In this document: piece after piece, positions 35,001 to 42,666 of the stretch
Numbering within the stretch: the first letter of the stretch is position 1
Layout: each line of letters begins with the position of its first letter
DNA from: Bacteroidota bacterium
GTDB taxonomy: Bacteria > Bacteroidota > Bacteroidia > AKYH767-A > OLB10
Reading direction: 5' to 3'
Length of the DNA: 48,958 nt
NCBI GenBank assembly: GCA_046049215.1
Contig: JBJOER010000259.1
Location: forward strand, 1-48,958
Translations under genes and position numbers: made by a program
Notes under the pieces: generated by a model
Told to the model about the DNA's origin: nothing
Databases searched by the model: none
Seen by the model: only the letters and a program-made list of their open reading frames with translations

Positions 35001-37910
35001 TCAAGCCAACGTACGCTTCACCGCGACCTGCTCGTATCCTTCGATGACATCACCAATATGGACATCGTTGTAGTTGTGAATACTCAGACCACATTCCATT
35101 CCGGCCTGAACATCCTTCGCATCATCCTTGAAGCGTTTGAGCGAGGAGAGCTCTCCGCTGAACACAACGATTCCGTCACGGATGAGGCGGATCTTCGTAT
35201 TGCGGTTGATCTTGCCGTCGGTGACCATGCAACCTGCGACCGTTCCGACTTTCGGGATCTTGAAGGTCTCGCGCACTTCGACATTGCAAACGATCTTCTC
35301 TTCAAATTCGGGAGCAAGCATGCCTTCCATCGCAGCCTTGACTTCGTTGATGGCATCGTAGATGATGGAATACAGACGGATGTCGATTTCCTCCTGCTCG
35401 GCGAGCTTACGCGCACCGCCGCTGGGGCGTACCTGGAAGCCGATGATGATGGCATTCGATGCACTCGCAAGCATCACATCCGATTCCGAAATCTGTCCCA
35501 CACCTTTGAGGATCACATTGACCTGGATCTCCCCTGTCGAAAGCTTCAACAAAGAATCGGACAAAGCCTCGACTGAACCATCCACGTCACCTTTGACAAT
35601 GACGTTGAGCTCTTTGAAATTACCGATTGCCAAACGACGACCGATCTCATCCAGCGTGATGTGTTTGTGAGTCCGGATACCCTGCTCGCGCTGAAGCTGC
35701 AGACGCTTGTTGGCGATATCGCGTGCTTCACGCTCGTCCTCCATTACATTGAACTGGTCACCGGCCTGAACGGCACCGGTCATACCCAGAATCATGGCCG
35801 GAGTTGCAGGTCCGGCTTCCTTGATGCGATTTCCGCGCTCATTGAACATCGCTTTGATACGGCCACTGTGGCAGCCGGCCAACACGACATCACCCATTCT
35901 CAGCGTTCCGTTTTGAACCAACACCGTAGTGACATAGCCGCGGCCTTTGTCGAGGGAGGATTCAATAACAGTTCCCTTGGCGAGACGTTCCGGATTGGCT
36001 TTCAGGTCGAGCAATTCGGATTCAAGCAACACCTTCTCAAGGAGTTTGTCCACATTGAGGCCTTTTTTGGCTGAAATCTCCTGGCTCTGGTATTTACCAC
36101 CCCAGTCTTCAACGAGGAAGTTCATCGAAGCAAGCTGCTCCTTGATCTTCTCGGGGTTCGCATCCGGCTTGTCAATCTTATTGATGGCGAATACAATCGG
36201 AACACCCGCTGCTTGAGCGTGGTTGATCGCTTCCTTGGTCTGCGGCATGATGGCGTCGTCGGCAGCGATCACGATGATGGCTACGTCGGTCACCTTGGCA
36301 CCACGGGCACGCATAGCCGTAAATGCTTCGTGACCCGGCGTATCGAGGAAAGTGATTTTTCGGCCACCTTCGAGGGTAACCTCATAGGCGCCGATGTGCT
36401 GGGTGATTCCACCCGCCTCCCCTGCGATCACATTTGCCTTGCGGACATAATCCAGCAAAGACGTCTTTCCGTGGTCAACGTGACCCATGACGGTAACAAT
36501 CGGTGCACGGGAGCGAAGATCATCGGGCGAGTCCGTATCGTCCTGAATGGCTTCCTGGACATCCGCAGAAACAAACTCAACCTTGTAACCGAACTCTTCG
36601 GCAACGACGGAAATCGTTTCTGCATCGAGTCGCTGGTTGATAGAAACGAATAAACCGAGGCTCATACAGGTGCTGATGACCTGGTTCACCTGAGCATTCA
36701 TCAACTTGGCCAGCTCGTTGGCAGAAACGAACTCGGTCACTTTGATGACCTTCTCCGACTGCTGCTCAGCGAGTGCCTCTTGCCTTTGCGCATGCAGATC
36801 GCGCTTCTCGCGGCGAAGTTTGGCTGACTTTGACTTACCTCCACCACTGAGTCGGGCGAGTGTGGCCTTGATTTGATCTTGAATTTCCTTATCGGTGGGC
36901 TCCGGCTTAGGCCCGGTCGAAGGACCTCGTCCGGGTGCACCTGGTCGCCCATCCCTGCGTTGACCGGGGCCGCCACCGGGTCGTTGACCGGGACCTGCAC
37001 CCGGACGAGCTGCAGGAGCTTGTCCTGTTGCAGGCTTACCGGAATCTTTTCGTTTACGCTTTCGCTTGTCTCCTTCAAAATCCGAGGAGGAAGCAACCGG
37101 CTTTTTCTTCGGCTGCTCAACGGGCAGTTCAATTTTGCCAAGAATATTCAAGCCGCTCAATTTGTCGACCTTCACACTGATGTGTTCGGGAACCGACGGA
37201 GTTTCCGCAGCAGGCACGCTTGGAGCAGCGGGGGCAGCGGGCGCTATCGGTGCTTCTGCTGCAGGTGATGCCTGATCGTCGGCCTGAGCTATTGGCGCGG
37301 AGGGCTCCTCCGCTTTCGCGATCTTCGGTGATACTTTTTTCTTTTCTTCTCCGGGTTGTTCGTCGGCTTTTTTCTTCGAAGTTGACTTTTTATCCAACTC
37401 CTCCGGAGCAGCTTCTGCCTTCTTCTTGGAAGACTTCTTTTTTTCCGTCGCCTCCAAATCAATTTTACCAAGGATAATGGGAGCCTCCACCTCGGCCTTG
37501 GCTTTGATCACCTCCGGCTCAGGAGCTGGCTCAGCCTTTTTAGCAGGCGTCTTTTTCTTCGTAGCAGCGGTTGCTGAGAGCTTGATCTCCTCAAGGCTCT
37601 TCTTCAAATCGAGTTCACTTTCTCCTTCGGGAAATGCCTCGCGCGTATCAGTGGGACCGGCCTTGGTCTCGATGGAAACAGTATCGCGTTTGAGCTTTTC
37701 ACGCGTCACCTCCTGTGCATCAAGCTTCGCCAATTTATCCGGCTGATACTTCTCCTGGAGCAGGGTGTAGACTTCCATCGAAATCTTGGCGTTCGGGCTG
37801 CTTTCAACCTTGACGCCTTTTGATTCGAGGTATTCCACCACGTGCTGGAGTCCTACGTTGAACTCCTTGGCTACTTTGATGAGACGTAATGTTTTTTCTT
37901 CTGTCATCAA
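35001..37910 (-). CDS. infB: translation initiation factor IF-2
   Basis: GTPase motifs [20 protein letters not shown] and NKIDK. Long K/A/P/E/G-rich N-terminal region. 969 aa. Immediately downstream of nusA. Confidence 0.97.
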   Translation of the reverse strand: MMTEEKTLRLIKVAKEFNVGLQHVVEYLESKGVKVESSPNAKISMEVYTLLQEKYQPDKLAKLDAQEVTREKLKRDTVSIETKAGPTDTREAFPEGESELDLKKSLEEIKLSATAATKKKTPAKKAEPAPEPEVIKAKAEVEAPIILGKIDLEATEKKKSSKKKAEAAPEELDKKSTSKKKADEQPGEEKKKVSPKIAKAEEPSAPIAQADDQASPAAEAPIAPAAPAAPSVPAAETPSVPEHISVKVDKLSGLNILGKIELPVEQPKKKPVASSSDFEGDKRKRKRKDSGKPATGQAPAARPGAGPGQRPGGGPGQRRDGRPGAPGRGPSTGPKPEPTDKEIQDQIKATLARLSGGGKSKSAKLRREKRDLHAQRQEALAEQQSEKVIKVTEFVSANELAKLMNAQVNQVISTCMSLGLFVSINQRLDAETISVVAEEFGYKVEFVSADVQEAIQDDTDSPDDLRSRAPIVTVMGHVDHGKTSLLDYVRKANVIAGEAGGITQHIGAYEVTLEGGRKITFLDTPGHEAFTAMRARGAKVTDVAIIVIAADDAIMPQTKEAINHAQAAGVPIVFAINKIDKPDANPEKIKEQLASMNFLVEDWGGKYQSQEISAKKGLNVDKLLEKVLLESELLDLKANPERLAKGTVIESSLDKGRGYVTTVLVQNGTLRMGDVVLAGCHSGRIKAMFNERGNRIKEAGPATPAMILGMTGAVQAGDQFNVMEDEREARDIANKRLQLQREQGIRTHKHITLDEIGRRLAIGNFKELNVIVKGDVDGSVEALSDSLLKLSTGEIQVNVILKGVGQISESDVMLASASNAIIIGFQVRPSGGARKLAEQEEIDIRLYSIIYDAINEVKAAMEGMLAPEFEEKIVCNVEVRETFKIPKVGTVAGCMVTDGKINRNTKIRLIRDGIVVFSGELSSLKRFKDDAKDVQAGMECGLSIHNYNDVHIGDVIEGYEQVAVKRTLA

Positions 37911-37947
37911 TGGGTACTTGTTATTTCCTGTCCGGAATGTTCTGGTT

Positions 37948-37999
37948 CATGGATGCGCCGGTTGGGGGCCGGCCGGGGCGGCTTCAGGCAACATCCATG
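37948..37999 (-). promoter_or_regulatory. nested GC-rich stem-loop in the nusA-infB intercistronic spacer
   Basis: The outer perfect 8-nt inverted repeat CATGGATG (37948-37955) / CATCCATG (37992-37999) encloses an inner hairpin GCCGG-TTGGGGG-CCGGC (37957-37973). No U-tract follows on the minus strand. Confidence 0.3.
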
Positions 38000-38027
38000 C
38001 CTTCCACCGAATTTCAGGTTGTGCTCA

Positions 38028-39263
38028 TCATTCGAATTCTGAGCGCAGGATGCGTACCACCTCACGGATGGTTTCTTCCTCGAGATCGGTTCTTTTCACC
38101 AGATCTTCGACAGGAATTACAAGAACCGACTTGGCTGTGTCGCAACCAATGGCCTTGAGCTCCTCGATGATCCACTCGTCGATTTCGTCGGTGAATTCGT
38201 CAAGGTCGACATCTTCATCCTCGTCTTCACTGTCGCGATAAACATCGATCTCATAACCGGTCAAGCGTCCGGCGAGCTTGATGTTGTGTCCACCTTTACC
38301 GATGGCCAGCGACACCTGGTCGGGCTTCATGTAGACCGCAGCACGGCGTGTCTCATCGTCAAGCTTAATGCTGGTGATTTTAGCAGGGCTGAGAGCACGG
38401 GTGATGTAGAGTTGTATGTTGTTGGTGAAGTTGATCACATCGATATTCTCTTTGCGGAGTTCGCGAACGATGCCATGAATACGCGAACCCTTCATACCGA
38501 CACATGCACCTACCGGATCAATGCGGTCGTCGTAGCTTTCTACGGCAACCTTGGCGCGTTCACCCGGTTCGCGGACAATGTTCTTGATGGTGATCAGTCC
38601 GTCGAACACTTCGGGCACTTCCTGTTCGAAGAGGCGCTCGAGGAACACCGGTGATGTACGGGAGAGGATGATCTTGGGAGTGGCATTCAGCATTTCCACG
38701 CGGAGCACTACTGCGCGAACGGAATCCCCTTTCTTGAAGAAGTCAGCCGGAATGGTTTCTCCCTTGGGTAGGATGAGCTCGTTGCCCTCGTCATCGAGCA
38801 GCAAGATTTCCTTCTTCCAGATCTGATAGACCTCGCCGGCGATGATCTCACCGACACGGTCCTTGTACTTGCGGTAGATGCTGTCTTTTTCGAGTTCAGT
38901 GATCCGAGAAACGAGATTTTGCCGCAAAGAGAGTACGGCGCGACGGCCGAAATCACCCAGCCTCACGGTCTCGGTCAGCTCCTCTCCCACTTCAAAGTCG
39001 GGTTCGATTCTCACAGCGTCGCTATAAGCGATCTGGGTGGCCTCGTCTTCCACCATACCGTCCTCAACAATGGTTCGGTTACGATAGATCTCCAAGTCAC
39101 CCTTGTCAATGTTGATGATCACGTCGAAATTGTCGGCGGTACCGTACCTTTTGCGAAGCGTGGTTCGGATCACATCCTCGAGGATGCTCATCATGGTGGC
39201 CCGGTCGATGTTTTTGACTTCTTTGAACTCCGAGAAGGATTCAATCAATACCTGATGGTCCAT
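38028..39263 (-). CDS. nusA: transcription termination/antitermination factor NusA
   Basis: 411 aa. N-terminal NusA domain, then S1 and two KH regions (for example GACVGMKGSRIHGIVREL and AIGKGGHNIKLAGRLTGYEIDV). Position between rimP and infB. Confidence 0.95.
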   Translation of the reverse strand: MDHQVLIESFSEFKEVKNIDRATMMSILEDVIRTTLRKRYGTADNFDVIINIDKGDLEIYRNRTIVEDGMVEDEATQIAYSDAVRIEPDFEVGEELTETVRLGDFGRRAVLSLRQNLVSRITELEKDSIYRKYKDRVGEIIAGEVYQIWKKEILLLDDEGNELILPKGETIPADFFKKGDSVRAVVLRVEMLNATPKIILSRTSPVFLERLFEQEVPEVFDGLITIKNIVREPGERAKVAVESYDDRIDPVGACVGMKGSRIHGIVRELRKENIDVINFTNNIQLYITRALSPAKITSIKLDDETRRAAVYMKPDQVSLAIGKGGHNIKLAGRLTGYEIDVYRDSEDEDEDVDLDEFTDEIDEWIIEELKAIGCDTAKSVLVIPVEDLVKRTDLEEETIREVVRILRSEFE

Positions 39264-39268
39264 TGGAC

Positions 39269-39739
39269 TTATTTTAGTTTGAAGTTGAGTATCAGTTTGG
39301 CTTCGCGGATTTCGCTGAACGGTATGCAGTGCAGCGTTTCCGTGATGATTTTTTTCTTGTTTTCCTTGCGCGATTTCGATTCGAGAAGTTCGATTCCTTC
39401 TTCATTGACCTGCTTCAGAATTCCGTTGAGCTCATGACCAACGGTGTCGAACACCCTCAATTCACGGCCGATCCGTCGTCTGTATTGCTGAGGGACCAGC
39501 AGCGGGGCATCCATCCCCGGACTCCCTACCTCCACCTCATGGGTTTCGAGAAAACCGGTGCCTTCGAATCGATCCAACAAATACCGACTGAGTGACGAGC
39601 ATTCCTCAATGGTGATTCCGGTCGGTTTATCGATAGCCACCATCAATTTTCCGGGACTGAGTTTGACATCCACCAGGAAGCAGTCCGTTCCCGACAGGTG
39701 CTCTTTCACAAGTCCGCTTATTTCGTCTTTGCTAGTCAT
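39269..39739 (-). CDS. rimP: ribosome maturation factor RimP
   Basis: The ATG at 39739 gives MTSKDEISGLVKEHL...VEVGSPGMDAPLLVPQQYRRRIGREL (RimP signature). The ORF-track extension to 40033 has no RimP similarity and overlaps the divergent GT9 gene. Confidence 0.9.
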   Translation of the reverse strand: MTSKDEISGLVKEHLSGTDCFLVDVKLSPGKLMVAIDKPTGITIEECSSLSRYLLDRFEGTGFLETHEVEVGSPGMDAPLLVPQQYRRRIGRELRVFDTVGHELNGILKQVNEEGIELLESKSRKENKKKIITETLHCIPFSEIREAKLILNFKLK

Positions 39740-39742
39740 ATC

Positions 39743-39770
39743 AAAAGAAAGAGGGGACTCAGGTCCCCTC
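39743..39770 (-). promoter_or_regulatory. terminator-shaped leader hairpin (candidate attenuator) just upstream of the rimP start codon
   Basis: Minus-strand RNA GAGGGGAC-CUGA-GUCCCCUC (perfect 8-bp stem, 6 G:C) followed by UUUCUUUUGAU then AUG at 39739. No gene lies upstream on this strand. Confidence 0.45.
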
Positions 39771-39783
39771 AAACAACACGTTG

Positions 39784-39791
39784 CAAATATA
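39784..39791 (-). promoter_or_regulatory. candidate Bacteroidota -7 promoter element (TAnnTTTG) for rimP-nusA-infB
   Basis: The minus strand reads TATATTTG, 13 nt upstream of the leader hairpin. A TTTG at 39807-39804 sits only 12 nt further upstream, which is short spacing. The motif has 6 fixed bases, so about one chance hit is expected per 4 kb per strand. Weak evidence on its own. Confidence 0.3.
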
Positions 39792-39841
39792 GGTATTTTC
39801 AGGCAAAAGGCAGCTATGTTGCGAATCGCTAACATTGCCGG

Positions 39842-40888
39842 ATGGAACGTTCCATGCGGACAAAGCAATGGCTTGACAGGGGGGTGTATGCCGCCTCTGC
39901 CCTTCTTTCCCGATTCATTCGACTCAGGAAAAAAAATAAAACACTGATAGTCAAAAAGATACTTTGTATAAAAGAGGACGAAATCGGAGATTTCATCTAC
40001 TCCATTCCGGTTTACGAAATGCTGAAGCGGCAATTCCCTGAGGCAGAAATCGAGGTCCTTTGTCGGCCTTTCGGAGTGGAACTATTGAAGGGAAATCCAT
40101 TCGTGCAACGGGCGATTTCGGATTACCGTGAGCTCAATGGCCCTTACCACATCCAGGTCGATTTGCGAGGTACTCCAAGAAGCACATGGTACGCATTCCG
40201 CAACCGACCGGTCATTCGTCTGGACCGCGGGACCATTCGCATTCAACAACGCAGGACAGGCAGGCATCCGCATGAATCGGAAACAGCCTGGGAAATCGTT
40301 TCCCCGCTTGTCGATGAAAAAAACAAGGTAAAGGAGGCCGTGATCTATCTTCAGCAAGAGGATTTCCAGGCTTCAGACACTTTCATTTCAAGCCATGGGT
40401 TGTCCCGTTTCGTGGTGTTTCACACCGGGGCGAGGAGAGCTTTGAAAAAGTGGCCGCTCGAGCGGGTCGCCATGGTCATGAACAGGCTGTACGCAGATCA
40501 CGGACTGACACCCGTTTTGGCCGGCGATCGCACGGATGCAGAGGATGCTTCAGCATTACAGCCTCACTTGAACTTCCCTTTGACAGTCGCTGCCGGCGTC
40601 TTGCCTCTTCGGGCATTTGCCGCCCTGTGCGCCCGCGCCTCACTCTTCATCGGTAACGACAGTGGACCGCTTCACATAGCCGTAGCCGTAGGAGTGCCTT
40701 CGCTCGGCCTGTTCGGACCGGGTGATCCGATTTTCCATCCCGTCGCAAAGCATTCACGATACATCCATCATCTCCTTGAATGCAATCCCTGCGACCAGGT
40801 TCATTGCAAACATGCCGACAACCCTTGTATCCGGAGGATCACAACCGATGAGGTGATGAACAAGGTCATGGAACTTATTCCGGTTTGA
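39842..40888 (+). CDS. glycosyltransferase family 9 (heptosyltransferase-like)
   Basis: KILCIKEDEIGDFIYSIPVYEMLKRQFP (GT9 N-terminal pattern) and GNDSGPLHIAVAVGVPSLGLFG. 348 aa. Confidence 0.8.
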   Translation: MERSMRTKQWLDRGVYAASALLSRFIRLRKKNKTLIVKKILCIKEDEIGDFIYSIPVYEMLKRQFPEAEIEVLCRPFGVELLKGNPFVQRAISDYRELNGPYHIQVDLRGTPRSTWYAFRNRPVIRLDRGTIRIQQRRTGRHPHESETAWEIVSPLVDEKNKVKEAVIYLQQEDFQASDTFISSHGLSRFVVFHTGARRALKKWPLERVAMVMNRLYADHGLTPVLAGDRTDAEDASALQPHLNFPLTVAAGVLPLRAFAALCARASLFIGNDSGPLHIAVAVGVPSLGLFGPGDPIFHPVAKHSRYIHHLLECNPCDQVHCKHADNPCIRRITTDEVMNKVMELIPV

Positions 40889-40893
40889 AAAAA

Positions 40894-41565
40894 TCAGGTG
40901 GTCTTGTCTTCCGGCCCACTGTTGGAAGAGACAAGCTCATCGCCGGAAACGGATTCCTGAAAAGGAGACTCAACAACCGGATAAAGCCTCTTTTGAAAGA
41001 GGATCCACAAGATCACTCCACAGGAAATGGCTGCATCTGCCAGGTTGAAAACAGGTCTGAAAAAAAGGAAATGCTCTCCACCCCAGACCGGCATCCAGTC
41101 GGGGAAGTGTCCTTCGAACAGCGGGAAATAAAACATGTCGACAACCTTGCCGTGTAACAGTGATGCATATCCGCCTTCCTGCGGAAAAAGGGTTGATACG
41201 ACCCCATAATCGCTGGAGCTGAAGATCCATCCATAAAAAACAGAATCAATGATATTGCCGATGGCTCCTGCGATGATCAGACTGAGGATGAACACAAACA
41301 AACTGCCTGCCTGCTCTTTTATCATCTTAAACAAGTACCAAACCATTCCACTGACAAACAGGATCCGGAAAACACTAAGGAACAGTTTACCGTAATCACC
41401 TCCCAGCTCCATGCCGAACGCCATCCCGTTGTTCTCCGTGAAATGAATGATGAACCAATCGGCGATAACAAACTCCTCGCCGAGGTACATATGGGTTTTT
41501 ACCCAGACCTTCAACGCCTGGTCCAGCAGTAGGATGATTAGAATGATTAGGGCGGGACGCTTCAA
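40894..41565 (-). CDS. lspA: lipoprotein signal peptidase (signal peptidase II)
   Basis: LLLDQALKVWV, FTENNGMAFGM and FNLADAAISCG motifs. About 35 aa of C-terminal extension. Position downstream of ileS. Confidence 0.9.
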   Translation of the reverse strand: MKRPALIILIILLLDQALKVWVKTHMYLGEEFVIADWFIIHFTENNGMAFGMELGGDYGKLFLSVFRILFVSGMVWYLFKMIKEQAGSLFVFILSLIIAGAIGNIIDSVFYGWIFSSSDYGVVSTLFPQEGGYASLLHGKVVDMFYFPLFEGHFPDWMPVWGGEHFLFFRPVFNLADAAISCGVILWILFQKRLYPVVESPFQESVSGDELVSSNSGPEDKTT

Positions 41566-41587
41566 GTGGGAAAGTGCTTATGCCAAA

Positions 41588-41614
41588 GAAGCCTGCGAAA
41601 TTCCCGCAAGCTTC
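41588..41614 (-). terminator. possible partial terminator/attenuator between the DksA-like gene and lspA
   Basis: Minus-strand RNA GAAGCUUGCG-GGAAUUU-CGCAGGCUUC (10 bp including one G.U wobble) followed only by UUUGG. The U-tract is short, so readthrough is likely. Confidence 0.3.
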
Positions 41615-41664
41615 CGGCTATGGATCATTAAATTGGTTTTAAATGGATTGAAGTGGCGAGCCGG

Positions 41665-42666
41665 TCAATCGCGGTATTGTTGCAATTTGGCTTCCATACT
41701 TTGGGTGGTATGCGGAACAGCGCGTAAACGTTCCTTGGGAATCAACTTACCCGTGATGCGGCAGATCCCATAGGTCTTATTTTCGATTCGTATCAAGGCT
41801 GCTTCCAACTGCTCTATGAACTTCTTTTGACGCGCAGCCAGGTTCGCGGCCTCTTCTTTGGCCAGGGTCTCGGAGCCGTCTTCCAGCATCTTGAAAGATG
41901 CCCCGGTATCGTCGGTACCATTTTCGTTGGCATTGATGATCTGGGCCTGGAGGTTAACAAGTTCTTCGCGGGCATCCTCGAGTTTGTTGAGAATAAGTCC
42001 CTTGAACTCCTTCAGTTCCGCTTCGCTGTAACGCTGGGTAGTGAAAGTGACGGACTTCGCCGGTGAAGGAGCCGGGGGAGTGGGTTTCACAACCGGGGGT
42101 GTCACCGCAGGGGCCGGTTTGTTTTGAACTGGAGCAGCGGATTTGGTCTTGCTTGCAGGGGCAGCAGATTTGACCACAGGTTTGGCAGCAACCTTCGGCG
42201 CAACAGCAGGCTTCGGCGCAGGCTTCACCTGCTTCACAGCCGGCTTAGCAGGGGCTGCTTTTTTTGCAACTACCTTGGTCGGCACTGCCTTGGCAGGAGC
42301 AACTTTGGAAGTTACTTTGTTGACCCCGAGCTTGCTATTTGACCCTTTCGAAGAAGCTGCTTTTGTTATCACAACCGGCTTTGCTACCGACTTGCCGACC
42401 ACCGACTTTTTGGTAGCCGGTTTCTTGACCTCAGGCTTCTTTGCAGCGGGCTTCTTGGCCGCAGGTTTCTTCGGCGCAGGTTTCTTCGGCGCAGGCTTCT
42501 TCGCAGCAGGTTTCTTAGCCGCTGGCTTCTTCGCAGCAGGTTTCTTAGCCGCGGGCTTCTTCGCAGCAGGTTTTTTAGCTGCAGGCTTCTTAGCTGCAGG
42601 CTTTTTGGCAACCGGCTTCTTGGAAGCAGCCTTCTTGGGCTTTGAAACGGTTTTCTTAGTGGCCAT
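41665..42666 (-). CDS. histone-H1-like K/A/P-repeat domain fused to a DksA/TraR-family domain (zinc-finger cysteines mostly lost)
   Basis: aa 11-85 are 15 consecutive KKxxx pentapeptides (11 are KKPAA or KKPAP). A K/A/P/V-rich tract continues to about aa 205. The C-terminal 125 aa carry DksA/TraR-like helices and YGICRITGKLIPKERLRAVPHTTQSMEAK. The start overlaps the ileS stop by 11 nt. Confidence 0.75.
   Translation of the reverse strand: MATKKTVSKPKKAASKKPVAKKPAAKKPAAKKPAAKKPAAKKPAAKKPAAKKPAAKKPAPKKPAPKKPAAKKPAAKKPEVKKPATKKSVVGKSVAKPVVITKAASSKGSNSKLGVNKVTSKVAPAKAVPTKVVAKKAAPAKPAVKQVKPAPKPAVAPKVAAKPVVKSAAPASKTKSAAPVQNKPAPAVTPPVVKPTPPAPSPAKSVTFTTQRYSEAELKEFKGLILNKLEDAREELVNLQAQIINANENGTDDTGASFKMLEDGSETLAKEEAANLAARQKKFIEQLEAALIRIENKTYGICRITGKLIPKERLRAVPHTTQSMEAKLQQYRD
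42412..42636 (-). repeat. 15-nt periodic coding repeat (KKPAA pentapeptides)
   Basis: The plus strand shows iterated GGCTTCTT(C/A)GC(A/T)GCAGG(T)TT(C/T)TT units. It translates in the gene frame to KKAAS, KKPVA, 7x KKPAA, 2x KKPAP, 2x KKPAA, KKPEV, KKPAT. Confidence 0.9.
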
